Assembly (NCBI GenBank): GCA_947259275.1
Contig: CAMYMH010000005.1
Span: 7,449 to 71,448, forward strand
Length of the DNA: 64,000 bases
Direction of reading: 5' to 3'
Origin: an uncultured Acidimicrobiaceae bacterium
GTDB taxonomy: Bacteria; Actinomycetota; Acidimicrobiia; Spongiisociales; SHLN01
In this document: one piece after another, positions 40,001 through 49,016 of the stretch
How positions within the stretch are numbered: the stretch's first letter is position 1
Layout of the letters: every line of letters starts with the position of its first letter
Made by a program: the position numbers and the translations under genes
The notes under the pieces: model-generated
Database searches by the model: none
What the model saw: only the letters and a program-made list of their open reading frames with translations
What the model was told of the DNA's origin: nothing

Positions 40001-40503
40001 AGAACACCGGCGGCCTCTTCGATCACCGCCCGGTGCTCTTCGGGGCCGGCATTGAGAATGGAAGCGACCTGGCCCTGATTGATGATGACGTGCTGATGGC
40101 GGCCGACACCGCCGTCGGATAGCAGTTCGGAGATGTCGAGCAATCGGCACGGGGTGCCGTTGATCTCGTAGTCCGAGGTCCCGTCGCTGTGCAGGCGGCG
40201 CCCGATGGTCACCTCGCTGAGGTCGAGAGGAAGGCGGCGTTCGGCATTGTCGATGGTGAGCACGACCTCAGCCACCCGATGGGCAGGCCGGGTGGTGGTA
40301 CCGGCGAAAATCACCTCTTCCATCTTGTCGGTGCGCAAGTGTTTGGTGGCCTGAGTGCCGAGAACCCAAGAGATGGCGTCGACCACGTTCGACTTGCCGG
40401 AGCCGTTCGGACCGACAATGACGGTCACGCCCGGTTCCAGCTCGAGTCGCGTTCGGTCCGCGAACGACTTGAAGCCGTGGATCTTGAGAGTCTTGAGAAA
40501 CAA
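37075..40503 (-). CDS. smc: chromosome segregation protein SMC
   Basis: 1142 aa. Walker A GPNGSGKSN at the N-terminus, long coiled coils, and a C-terminal signature LSGGERSLAALAFLFAVF followed by Walker B. Confidence 0.95.
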   Translation of the reverse strand: MFLKTLKIHGFKSFADRTRLELEPGVTVIVGPNGSGKSNVVDAISWVLGTQATKHLRTDKMEEVIFAGTTTRPAHRVAEVVLTIDNAERRLPLDLSEVTIGRRLHSDGTSDYEINGTPCRLLDISELLSDGGVGRHQHVIINQGQVASILNAGPEEHRAVIEEAAGVLKHRNRRTRAARRLERTQTDVQRLEDIHKELLRQMRPLKRQANAAARYDDVRSRARALRLFLGGQELSQLQARLRTAEAEEQVAAIRQEESTSTLADLETGLESLEAAAGESGRALQRDTAAAARLETTSERLQRIAQVAHERHRSLITGAEAAGERHDDLMAETRTIVEDLATSATEEGQARATAERAKIALRALEDEERSLAEQESLPVEGVIATLRGDLQALEAAAGRDGRELTGATQRLAIVAGSLDRDRTGVEELREEIRRLDKQAGAQQDAYQRAGTSREAGESAWQAHEADLADQTRRLAAARARVEALEQAGVVSPEVRDHAAGLAGVGDEVVAVLDIPDELVDAVGAALGPWAEALVATPQGLADTVAELKTRHLGGMSFVVGGVGGDDSRMLPTTVPGRPIIELLGPATDVSVARRLLADVVLADSWSAAWAFVQAHPQLRAVTREGDLITIAGIRLSAGSDRLAVTLTRAREELAEIDTEAARAASRESAARRTLQDLKDEERSQLEALEALEARMAGAAEALDRVERAVTEAAGEKTRLGDRIGALKEGELHRNERLVELRSRLDDLEGEEAARQAAWEALSRRRQEIADRREQTRRLREQSAAALGAATERRKLLETRKAAVELELERAVGFHVDPSDLVRLQRVEADARSGLASVGEHIAVLRSRQAELRRTSGEAVERLDEARSRAGELTKQIAATKETRSTLAVELEGLRVRIEAVAEGLRRDLDATVEQALAAPAVEVPEGADPRAHLESLEADVRRMGPVNPLAAQEYEDLSQRAEFLDGQLADLNESAAELEKVIKALDDEMATLFADAFVDISSSYAENFSLLFPGGRGTLSLSHPGDHLNTGVEIEAQPLGKKVSRLSLLSGGERSLAALAFLFAVFRARPSPFYVLDEVEAALDDTNLHRFLRLVELLRDSAQVIIVTHQQQTMEGADTLYGITMEPGGSTQVVAKRLSNVTV

Positions 40504-40614
40504 GGCGGGGCCAGCCTACTAGGCGTCTTTTCGAACGAATGCCAATCGTGTAACTCGGGTGCGAACTGAAGGTATCTGGACCATTGCCGATCCTCCCTCG
40601 AAACAGGAGAGATC

Positions 40615-41091
40615 ATGAAGAGACTGATAGCAGCGGGCGTCGTCGCGGTGGCCGCATTCGGCGGAGCAAGTGCGTTCGATGACAACACCGTGCGAGACGA
40701 CTCCGGATCGATCGTTGAAGCGGGCGGCCTGGGCGCCTATGCGATCCAGACCGGCGACTGTCTTAACGTCCCCGACGACATGACTCTGGTCCAGTCTCTC
40801 GAGGCGGTCCCGTGCAGTCAGCCGCACGATGCCGAGGCCTACGCTGCCTTCGACCAAACCGGGACCGATTGGCCGGGAGAGGAGGCCGTCTCTGAAGCCA
40901 GCTGGTTCGGCTGCTACGACCGGTGGGAGTCGTATGTCGGCATTCCGTGGGACGACTCAGAGCTCGACTTCTGGGTTCTGCAACCGACTCAGGAAACCTG
41001 GGAGGAAGGCGACGACCGTGAGGTCACCTGCGCCCTGGCGACTGTCGACGGGTCACGGCTGACCGGGTCGATGCGCGGCAGCAACCGGTAG
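40615..41091 (+). CDS. secreted hypothetical protein (signal peptide; possible septum-formation-type Cys-containing domain)
   Basis: N-terminal signal sequence and conserved Cys residues (GDCLNVPDD...CSQPHDAEAY...CYDRWE...CALA). Confidence 0.55.
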   Translation: MKRLIAAGVVAVAAFGGASAFDDNTVRDDSGSIVEAGGLGAYAIQTGDCLNVPDDMTLVQSLEAVPCSQPHDAEAYAAFDQTGTDWPGEEAVSEASWFGCYDRWESYVGIPWDDSELDFWVLQPTQETWEEGDDREVTCALATVDGSRLTGSMRGSNR

Positions 41092-41096
41092 CCCGC

Positions 41097-41378
41097 CTAA
41101 GGGCGGACCTCGAAAGTAGTGAACCGGCCGTCGGGCAAGGCCGGCACCTCGTCGACCCGCTCGACCCGGGCTGCGGTCGGACCATCCTGCAGCCAGGTGA
41201 GAAACACCTGCACGATGGGTTCCGAACCCTGCGCAAACACCTCAACCCTCCCACCGCTGATGTTGCGGACCCAACCCGTCAGACCGAGGTCAGTGGCACG
41301 CTCCCGGGCCGTGTACCGGAACCCGACCCCCTGGACACGGCCGCTGATCTGACACCGGATCGCCTTCACCTCTGACAT
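41097..41378 (-). CDS. acyP: acylphosphatase
   Basis: VQGVGFRY...GWVRN motifs. Start assigned at MSEVKA. Confidence 0.85.
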   Translation of the reverse strand: MSEVKAIRCQISGRVQGVGFRYTARERATDLGLTGWVRNISGGRVEVFAQGSEPIVQVFLTWLQDGPTAARVERVDEVPALPDGRFTTFEVRP

Positions 41379-42193
41379 GATGGGCACCAGTATGAGCTGC
41401 GCTGGCCAATGAGGGAACGCCGAATCGAGGTCCCACAGCGCCGGCACGGTTTGTCCTCGCGTCCGTAGACCTTGAGCCGGCGGCCGAACTGTCCTGCCCG
41501 GCCGTCGGGAAGCAAGTAGGCAAGATCGTTCAGGCTGGTGCCTCCGTACTTGAGTCCGGCCTCGAGCACCGGCCGGACTGCCGCCCGGATGGCCTTGACC
41601 TCGCCCGAGGTGAGCGAACCACCCTGGCGGTGAGGGGCCACCCTGGCGCGGAACAGCACCTCATCGGCGTAGATGTTTCCGAGGCCGGCCAGCAACCGCT
41701 GATTGAGCAGCAAGGACTTGATGGCCGGCTTACGCCCGGCGAGCCGCGCAGCCAATTGGCGGCTGGCCGGCAAGTCGGTGAGAGCGTCGGGACCGAGGCC
41801 TGCCAAGGTGGATTCGTCGAACTCCTCCGGCGTGAGAACCGCCATGAATCCAAAAGTACGCGGGTCGACGAAGCGAATCTCCTTGTGGGCGGTGCGAACC
41901 ACCACGTTGGTGTGGGGTGCCTCGGGCTCACCGGGATCGGCTACCTGCATCCGCCCCGACATTCCGAGATGAATCACCCAGGTGAGGTCGCCCTCGACAT
42001 CGACGAAGATGAACTTCCCCCGCCGCCGGAGCCCGAGCACACGCCGGCCGCGCAACCGATCGGCGAAGTCTCGATCCCGTGGCTGGCGCCGCAACATGCG
42101 GGGCCGACGCGACTCGGCATCGACAACTCGATGGCCTCGCAGATGCGGCTCGAGCTCGCGGCGGGTGGTTTCGACTTCTGGCAGCTCCGGCAT
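41366..42193 (-). CDS. mutM: formamidopyrimidine-DNA glycosylase
   Basis: Starts MPELPEVETTRRELEP. H2TH domain and a C-terminal zinc finger (CRRCGTSI...CPSCQ). The 384-aa track ORF N-terminus is antisense to the K+ channel gene and is discounted. Confidence 0.9.
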   Translation of the reverse strand: MPELPEVETTRRELEPHLRGHRVVDAESRRPRMLRRQPRDRDFADRLRGRRVLGLRRRGKFIFVDVEGDLTWVIHLGMSGRMQVADPGEPEAPHTNVVVRTAHKEIRFVDPRTFGFMAVLTPEEFDESTLAGLGPDALTDLPASRQLAARLAGRKPAIKSLLLNQRLLAGLGNIYADEVLFRARVAPHRQGGSLTSGEVKAIRAAVRPVLEAGLKYGGTSLNDLAYLLPDGRAGQFGRRLKVYGREDKPCRRCGTSIRRSLIGQRSSYWCPSCQR

Positions 42194-42217
42194 CCCGACC
42201 AGGCTACGGTTCCCGGC

Positions 42218-42571
42218 ATGATCGCGTTCTTCACGGCGCTCAGGACCTTTGCGGTTGCCATGCGCCGGGGCCTGGGCGATCCGCAATTTCGGGCGCTCGC
42301 CTTCCTCGTCCTGGTGCTCCTGATCAGTGGAACGCTCTTCTACTGGCGCTTCGAAGACTGGACGCTGCTCGATTCGCTCTACTTCTCGGTCATCACCCTC
42401 ACGACGGTTGGATACGGAGACCTGGCTCCCACCCGCGCCCCCACCAAGGTCTTCACCATCGTGTACATACTGCTCGGCCTCGGAATCCTCGTTTCGTTCC
42501 TCAGCCTGGTGGCCGGACATGCGGTCGAGGCGAGAGTGGAACGCCGCCAGCAGAGGAAGCCGAAGGAATGA
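42218..42571 (+). CDS. minimal two-TM potassium channel (KcsA-like pore only)
   Basis: Selectivity filter TTVGYGD between two hydrophobic helices. About 117 aa with no cytoplasmic gating domain. Confidence 0.75.
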   Translation: MIAFFTALRTFAVAMRRGLGDPQFRALAFLVLVLLISGTLFYWRFEDWTLLDSLYFSVITLTTVGYGDLAPTRAPTKVFTIVYILLGLGILVSFLSLVAGHAVEARVERRQQRKPKE

Positions 42572-42586
42572 CCCCGCCCCGGCCGG

Positions 42587-45253
42587 CTAGGCGCTCCGTT
42601 CTGAGCGGAGCTGAATGACCTGAGCGTTGCCGGCGACCGGCACGATCGGCTCGCCCGGAAGAACATCGCGCAGCAGCTCCTCGAACCCCTCGACACTCAT
42701 CGGCTCCGCCAGGTAGAAGCCCTGGCCGACACTCACCCCGAGCGCCATGAGCGCGTTGAGCTGTTCGACGGTTTCGATGCCCTCCACCACGGTACGGAGG
42801 CCAAGGGACTCGCCGATCTGAACCACGGTTCGCGCCAGCGGTGACGGCTCGTCGCTCGCCACCCTCTCAACGAAGGAGCGGTCTACTTTGATGATCTCGA
42901 TCGGAAGTCGATCGAGGTAGCTGAGCGAGGAGTACCCGGTGCCGAAGTCGTCGATCGCCATTCGAACTCCCAGGCTCTTGATGTCCTCCAGGACCTCGAC
43001 TGGGGTTTGCATGAGAACCGTTTCGGTGATCTCGAGAACCAGCCGGGCGGGATCCAGCCGATGTTGCTCGAGGATGTACGCCACCTGACCGGCGAACTCG
43101 TTGTCGTGGAGCTGATTCGGTGACAGGTTGACGCTGACCGTTAGGGAATGTCCGGTATCGAGTTCCCACCGGCGGATCTGGCGGCACGCCTCGTCGAGCA
43201 CCCATCGCCCCAGCGGGATGATGAGCCCGGTTTCCTCGGCGAAGGGAATGAAGGCATCCGGAGCGACCAGCTCGGCGTTCTCGTGCGGCCACCGGATGAG
43301 CGCCTCGACTCCCATCAGCGAACCAGCATGCAGATCCACGATTGGTTGATAGTGAACGATGAGATCCCCCCGGGCGATCGCCTCGGCGAGATCGGCTCGG
43401 AGCTCGAGGCGCTGGGTCATCTCTTCGCGCATGGGAGCTTCGAAGAGCTGATAGGTCCCTTTGCGCCTCCGCTTGGCTGCATACATCGCGGTGTCGGCGT
43501 CGCGCAACAGCTGATCCGGGTTCGAGTTGCTTTCTGCGATGGCCACACCAATGCTGGCATGCGAGGCAAAATCTCGATCGCGGATTTGAAAGGGCACCGC
43601 CAAGGTGTTGAGGATCCGCTCGGCCGCCTCCTCGGCGTCTGAGGGTTGAGCAACATCCTCGAGCAATATCGCGAATTCGTCCCCCCCGAATCGAGCGACG
43701 GTGTCGCCCGGGCGGGTGGCAGCCTGGATCCGCTGAGCGACTGCAACCAGCAGACGATCGCCTGCTTCGTGGCCGAGACTGTCGTTTACAGTCTTGAAGT
43801 CGTCCAAATCCAGGAACAGAACTGCGACGAGGCGTTTCGTGTCCGCACTCCTCTCGAGCGCGTTCTTGAGCCGGTCGGAAAACAGCACCCGGTTCGCCAG
43901 CTTGGTGAGCGAATCGTGAAGCGCCTGGTGCCGAAGCTCGTCTTTCAGCTCCGTTAGCTGGGCAAGCGAGTCGGCCAGCTGGCCGTTCACCAGCGTGGTG
44001 CTCACCTGGGCCGCAAAGGTCTCGAGCAGCTTGGTGTCGGAGTGATTGAACCGACTGATGTCGCCGAGCCGATTGGCAACGATGAACACTCCGACCGCCC
44101 CATCTCCGCCCCTGATATGGGCGACCATGCCGTCTTCGATTCGGGGCAGCTCGCCGGCCGGCCGGGTGGGTTGTTCTTCGGTACCGGGAAGGAGCATTGC
44201 CTGGCCGGGCCCGACTCGACGCAGAAGGTTGGCCCCTAGCGACCGATCGATGGGCAGCATGGATTCAGAGCGCTCCCCGGGTCCGACCGCAGAAAGGTAG
44301 GCGGGAAGATGTTCGTTCTCCGGCAGCAGAATGATTTCCGAGAATTCCGCTTCAAACATCTGGCTGGCCTGAATCGCCGCCCCGGTAAGAGCCACCTCGA
44401 TGTGGCCGGCTTCATGAAGAGATCGCATGGCGTGATAGAGCGATTCGAGGCGACTGCGCTCTTCACGCTGCGAAATGTATGCGCGGTAGGCGAACGACAG
44501 AACAACCGGCGGAACCAGTGCCAGCCAGGCGCTCGATGGAGTCGACCAGACGAGGCGGACACCAATCAGCGCCAACGACGTGTTCATGAGGGTGGCGATA
44601 CTGCTGAGGCCAAGCACCTCGACCATCTCCTGAGGATTGAGCCTCCCACCCGACATTCGGATGGCAGCCGTGATCAGACCGGTCGCAAATACCAGGGCGG
44701 CGAGGGTCGCCGTTCCGGCCGCCAGCCACCCGATCCACGAGTCGGGCGCGCCGGTGCTGACTATTAACCGGAATACCACGATGGCGATGGCCGCCTGGAG
44801 AGAGAACTGGCTCAGGTTGAATGCGAACTTGATTAGCGGCTGGCGGCGGTTTATCGCCAGGGCAGCGGCATTGCCGATCAGCTGGGCGATGAAGAGCTCT
44901 AAGGGAGTGGCGAAGAACAGGCCGGCAATCAGCGGCAGCTCGCTCATGGAGAACGAGTGCGCATCACGTCGGAAGCGCAGGTGCACCACCGTGAGCTCAC
45001 TCAGGTACACCATGGGAGCCAGCATCCACCACCGCAGTCGAAGCGGGCCGCCGATGGGGCCCATGCCGGCGGTCGCCCAGGCGATCAGGCCGGCGGCGGC
45101 GGTGATGACCAGGGTGAGCAGCCAAATGCGGCGCGACGAGGTCCCGGCTACCCGCTCGGCGATTCTCGCCGCCACAGTTCGGATCTGGGCCACCAACCGT
45201 CCTTTCGGGTTCGGCCCACTGCCGGTGCAGGAATAACCGGCACCGCAGGGCAC
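42587..45253 (-). CDS. membrane-anchored sensor with GAF-like, GGDEF (diguanylate cyclase) and EAL (c-di-GMP phosphodiesterase) domains
   Basis: N-terminal multi-TM domain, a GGDEF active site (RFGGDEFAIL) and EAL motifs (EALIRW...DDFGTGYSSLSYL). The exact start is uncertain. Confidence 0.85.
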   Translation of the reverse strand: MPCGAGYSCTGSGPNPKGRLVAQIRTVAARIAERVAGTSSRRIWLLTLVITAAAGLIAWATAGMGPIGGPLRLRWWMLAPMVYLSELTVVHLRFRRDAHSFSMSELPLIAGLFFATPLELFIAQLIGNAAALAINRRQPLIKFAFNLSQFSLQAAIAIVVFRLIVSTGAPDSWIGWLAAGTATLAALVFATGLITAAIRMSGGRLNPQEMVEVLGLSSIATLMNTSLALIGVRLVWSTPSSAWLALVPPVVLSFAYRAYISQREERSRLESLYHAMRSLHEAGHIEVALTGAAIQASQMFEAEFSEIILLPENEHLPAYLSAVGPGERSESMLPIDRSLGANLLRRVGPGQAMLLPGTEEQPTRPAGELPRIEDGMVAHIRGGDGAVGVFIVANRLGDISRFNHSDTKLLETFAAQVSTTLVNGQLADSLAQLTELKDELRHQALHDSLTKLANRVLFSDRLKNALERSADTKRLVAVLFLDLDDFKTVNDSLGHEAGDRLLVAVAQRIQAATRPGDTVARFGGDEFAILLEDVAQPSDAEEAAERILNTLAVPFQIRDRDFASHASIGVAIAESNSNPDQLLRDADTAMYAAKRRRKGTYQLFEAPMREEMTQRLELRADLAEAIARGDLIVHYQPIVDLHAGSLMGVEALIRWPHENAELVAPDAFIPFAEETGLIIPLGRWVLDEACRQIRRWELDTGHSLTVSVNLSPNQLHDNEFAGQVAYILEQHRLDPARLVLEITETVLMQTPVEVLEDIKSLGVRMAIDDFGTGYSSLSYLDRLPIEIIKVDRSFVERVASDEPSPLARTVVQIGESLGLRTVVEGIETVEQLNALMALGVSVGQGFYLAEPMSVEGFEELLRDVLPGEPIVPVAGNAQVIQLRSERSA

Positions 45254-45361
45254 TCTCGACCATGTGTTCCCAGCAATATCGGCATCCCACCGGCCTCACT
45301 GGAGCCAACAACGAGAAAGGGCCGCCGGACCAATCCGGCGGCCCTTTCACTTCTTACTGGC

Positions 45362-47137
45362 TCATACGATGAAAAAGGCGGGACCACCCCACGAGAGACC
45401 GAGCCAGGCGCTGGCCGACCAGGACATGCCCGACCAGGACATGCCCGACCAGGAAGCACCCGACCAGGAAGCACCCGACCAGGACATGCCCGACCAGGAA
45501 GCACCCGACCAGGACATGCCCGACCAGGACATGCCCGACCAGGAAGCACCCGACCAGGGAGCGCCGTTCCAGTCGCCGTCCGACCAGCTGTCCCCGTCGG
45601 CGGAGAGGCTCGACCAGCTCGCTCCGTCCCAGGGGTTGCCCATGATGTCCTGCTCACCTTCGAGCACGACACCGTCGTGCTCCAGGTTGAAGGAGCCGCG
45701 GGAGGCCTCGAGCGATCCGGTTCCCTGTGCAGCCTGTGAGCTCTGGTGCCCGTTGGGAGTTGATGCCCCGTAGGCCTCGGAGAGATCTAGCAGCCCGGCG
45801 CCCTGGCACTTCGAGCTTTCTCCAGAAATCGGTTGGGCAGTGCCCATGAGGAGCGCCTTCACCTGGTCGGGAGTGATCTCGGGCCGCTGATCGATGATCA
45901 GGGCGGCGGCTCCGGATACGACGGCGGCAGCCTGCGATGTTCCGCTCCCAACCAGGTAGGAGCCATCGACGATCGCCTCCGGATGGTCCCGGGCCGCACT
46001 CGAGTCTGGAGCCAGCAGGCTCACGATCGACTTGCCTGGAGCCACCAGATCAACATGGCGCTGGTAAGTGCCGCAACTCGAGAACGAGGGAATGGAGTCG
46101 TCGCCGGTGCGCTCGGACCCATTGGTCGCGGCAGCACCGACTGCGATCACGAAGGGATCCGATGCGGGGTTGCGCAGCGGCGAGCTGTTGCCATCGTTTC
46201 CGGCGGCCACTGCTACGACGATTCCGTGCTCCCAGGCCTGCTCGACGGCGAACGCCAGCGGGTCATAGCGGTAGCTCTGGGTGCTGTCGGTCCCGAAGGA
46301 CAGGTTGATCACCCGGATGTTCATGCCGTTGTCGTCGCGGTGCTGCACCACCCAGTCGATGGCTGCGATTACCTGTGACACGTCGGTGGCTCCGTTGCGG
46401 GTGGCCACCTTGACGTTGACGATGCGGGCGTCCGGGGCCACGCCTAGGAAGTGCCGCTTCGCTTCCTTCGTGGTGATCTTGTTGGGAGCTGAGTTCGACC
46501 GTCCGGCGATGATACCGGCCAGGTGGGTGCCGTGACCGAACGAGTCGACATATTGGAGATCCGGATTCTGCGACTCGAAGGACAGGTCCGGTCCGTTGAT
46601 GACCTTACCGTTGACGGTCAGCCCGTCGACGCCACTGACGCCCGAGTCGATGAGGGCAACGTCGACGCCTTCGCCGGTGTAGCCGCCGTTCCAGAAGCGA
46701 TCGGCGTTCACGACTCGGTCGGCAACAGTGGCCATGGATTCCTGGCCAGAACTGGCGTAGTCCCAGCCCGTCAGCTCGACGGTCCCGTCAGGAACAACCG
46801 AGGCGATCGCCGGATGGCCTGCCAACGAATCGAGCGCCGAGCTCGGAAGCTCGGCAGCGAACCCGTCGATGATGCCGAGCCCACCGGTCACCGTGCCGCC
46901 GAGGTCGTCAATGAGGGCGGCGACATCGGTAGCCGTACCCGGGACCTGCTGGACTATGACGTCAACGGAGTCGTCGGCCAACGCCGGGGTCGGCACGAGA
47001 ACGGTGAGGGCCAAAGCGAGCGCGAAGAAAGCCGAGGAAAGCCTCGGTGCCGTCCAGCTGACACCGGCTGCCTTGGTAGCGGTGCGGAGCCGAGGCCCAT
47101 CCCAGCTGACACCGGTCTTTCCTGAGTGCGTGTTCAT
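45362..47137 (-). CDS. secreted S8 family serine peptidase (subtilase) with a C-terminal (A/M)SWSG pentapeptide repeat tail
   Basis: Signal peptide from MNTHSGKT. Catalytic triad blocks D (ALIDSGV), H (HGTHLAG) and S (GTSQAAAVVSG), followed by ~11 SWSG(M/A) repeats. Confidence 0.85.
   Translation of the reverse strand: MNTHSGKTGVSWDGPRLRTATKAAGVSWTAPRLSSAFFALALALTVLVPTPALADDSVDVIVQQVPGTATDVAALIDDLGGTVTGGLGIIDGFAAELPSSALDSLAGHPAIASVVPDGTVELTGWDYASSGQESMATVADRVVNADRFWNGGYTGEGVDVALIDSGVSGVDGLTVNGKVINGPDLSFESQNPDLQYVDSFGHGTHLAGIIAGRSNSAPNKITTKEAKRHFLGVAPDARIVNVKVATRNGATDVSQVIAAIDWVVQHRDDNGMNIRVINLSFGTDSTQSYRYDPLAFAVEQAWEHGIVVAVAAGNDGNSSPLRNPASDPFVIAVGAAATNGSERTGDDSIPSFSSCGTYQRHVDLVAPGKSIVSLLAPDSSAARDHPEAIVDGSYLVGSGTSQAAAVVSGAAALIIDQRPEITPDQVKALLMGTAQPISGESSKCQGAGLLDLSEAYGASTPNGHQSSQAAQGTGSLEASRGSFNLEHDGVVLEGEQDIMGNPWDGASWSSLSADGDSWSDGDWNGAPWSGASWSGMSWSGMSWSGASWSGMSWSGASWSGASWSGMSWSGMSWSASAWLGLSWGGPAFFIV
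45406..45555. repeat. perfect 15-bp tandem repeat, ~10 copies (ccgaccaggacatgc / ccgaccaggaagcac), in-frame within the subtilase 3' end
   Basis: Read directly from the sequence. It encodes the SWSG(M/A) units. Confidence 0.9.
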
Positions 47138-47348
47138 CTCCTGCCATCGGGGCACGGCCGTCTCCTTTGTTCCGCTTAGGAGAAACATCGACCCACTCAG
47201 AAAAATCTCAGGAAGCAAAGGATCCGATGCCGAATTGACTAGTCCTTGGATTCACTCAGGTAGCGGCTCGCACCCGCCGATGTTCTGATTCTGAGATCCC
47301 CACGCCTATCCGCCCACGAACCCGCGGGGGCACGAATCGGAGGGTGAC

Positions 47349-48332
47349 ATGAAGACCCGAAAGGCCATGACTCTCATCGCCGTACTCGCCCTCGTGGCGG
47401 CCGCCTGCGGCGGCGCCGCCACCGAATCGGGCAGCGTCGGGTCACAACCCGCCAGCCCGAGCACTGTGGCGCAATCTCCGGCAACCTCAATGGCGCCGGC
47501 AGACACGGCGCCGGCCCCCGGAGACAGTGGTTCGACCGCCGCCTCCGGACTGCCAGGCGTCCTGGCCGCCTTCGATCAGGCCACCGACTCGAACTCGGGC
47601 CGCATGGAAGGCTCACTTACCATGGTGGGCATCAACGGATTCCCCGGCGGTATCTTGGAGATGCCGTTCAATGGCGCGTTCGCCCGCAACGGTGACTACT
47701 CATTTGCGCTCGACATGAGCGGGCTGGCAGAGGCGAGCGGCGAAGAGGTTCCACCGGAGTTCGCCGTCATGCTCGGCGAGATGGAGATCCGCCAGATCGG
47801 CGACACCTCATACATTCGATACCCCTTCTTCAGCATGTTTCTCGGGCTGGAAACGGAGTGGCTGGCTGCCCCGGTGGATGAGGGCTCGCAGCTGACCGAT
47901 GGGCTTGGCTTCGTCACTCCATCCCGGCCGACAGACATCCTCGGCGGCTTTGCCAACGCCGATGCAACCATCACCGACCTCGGCCGAGAGAGCGTCAACG
48001 GCCTCGACACCACCCACTACCGGGTGCTGTTCGACACCGAATCGCTCTACGCGTTGGCAACCCCCGAGGAGCTTGCCGAGCTGGAGGCCGGGGGCATCCC
48101 CGATGTTGAGCTTCCCATGGACGTCTGGATCACCGACTCCGGCATCCTCACCCGATTCGTGATGGACGTTGCCGGCTCGGGCTTTGAAAGCGACGGCGGT
48201 GAGAGTTTCGAGCGAATGGTGGTGACCTACGACCTGTTCGACCTCGGCGCCGACATCGATGTGCCGGCACCCCCGGCCAGCGAGGTGACTGACGCCGACG
48301 AGCTCGGCAACGGCTTCAGCTTCGGCGGCTGA
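47349..48332 (+). CDS. lipoprotein of unknown function
   Basis: Lipobox LVAAACGG, a Ser/Pro/Ala-rich linker, then a ~250-aa globular domain. Confidence 0.6.
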   Translation: MKTRKAMTLIAVLALVAAACGGAATESGSVGSQPASPSTVAQSPATSMAPADTAPAPGDSGSTAASGLPGVLAAFDQATDSNSGRMEGSLTMVGINGFPGGILEMPFNGAFARNGDYSFALDMSGLAEASGEEVPPEFAVMLGEMEIRQIGDTSYIRYPFFSMFLGLETEWLAAPVDEGSQLTDGLGFVTPSRPTDILGGFANADATITDLGRESVNGLDTTHYRVLFDTESLYALATPEELAELEAGGIPDVELPMDVWITDSGILTRFVMDVAGSGFESDGGESFERMVVTYDLFDLGADIDVPAPPASEVTDADELGNGFSFGG

Positions 48333-48347
48333 TCAAGGCGACCGGCA

Positions 48348-49016
48348 CTACGTCACCATCCTCAGAGCCTTCTTGGCTGCGGCCTGCTCGGCCGCCTTCT
48401 TGGAACCGCCCGAGCCGGAGCCGACCAGCCGGCCGTCGACCGTCACTTCGGCGTGGAACACCTTGTCGTGATCGGGGCCTTCGTCGCTGACCCGGTAGTT
48501 GGGCCGGGATCCCCGCTTGGCCAGCACCTCCTGGAGCCGGGTCTTGAAATCCTCGACCCCGGGGGCATGAGCGCGCTGGTCGATCTCCCCGGTCAAGTGG
48601 CGCCAGGTGACGGCGGCAGCCGTTGAGTACCCGGCATCCAGGTACAACGCCCCCAACAGAGCCTCAACGACGTCCGACAGAATGCTGGCCTTCTCTCGCC
48701 CGCCGGTTACCTCCTCCCCCTTGCCGACCCGGAGGTACGAACCGACCTCGAGGCGCTGGGCCACCGCGGCGAGAACCTCTTCGTTCACCACCGCCGCCCG
48801 CAGTTTGGCGAGCTGGCCTTCCGGCATGTCCGGATAATCGGTGAAGATCCGCTCGGTCACCGCCAGCTGGAGAACGGCGTCACCGAGGAATTCGAGTCGT
48901 TCGTAGTCATTGGCCTCGGGATCCTCGGTGGCGAACGACCGGTGTGTGAGAGCGGCCTCGAGCAGGTCGGAGTTCCGAAATTCGTACCCGAGCGCCTCCT
49001 CGAGTGGTGAGCTCAT
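48348..49016 (-). CDS. rnc: ribonuclease III
   Basis: ERLEFLGDAVLQL catalytic signature and a C-terminal dsRBD. Confidence 0.93.
   Translation of the reverse strand: MSSPLEEALGYEFRNSDLLEAALTHRSFATEDPEANDYERLEFLGDAVLQLAVTERIFTDYPDMPEGQLAKLRAAVVNEEVLAAVAQRLEVGSYLRVGKGEEVTGGREKASILSDVVEALLGALYLDAGYSTAAAVTWRHLTGEIDQRAHAPGVEDFKTRLQEVLAKRGSRPNYRVSDEGPDHDKVFHAEVTVDGRLVGSGSGGSKKAAEQAAAKKALRMVT

Noticed and set aside
41366-42520. 384-aa version of mutM with a 109-aa acidic N-terminal extension
   Set aside because: The extension is antisense to the K+ channel gene and precedes the canonical Fpg N-terminus MPELPEVE, which must be the mature N-terminus because Pro2 is catalytic.
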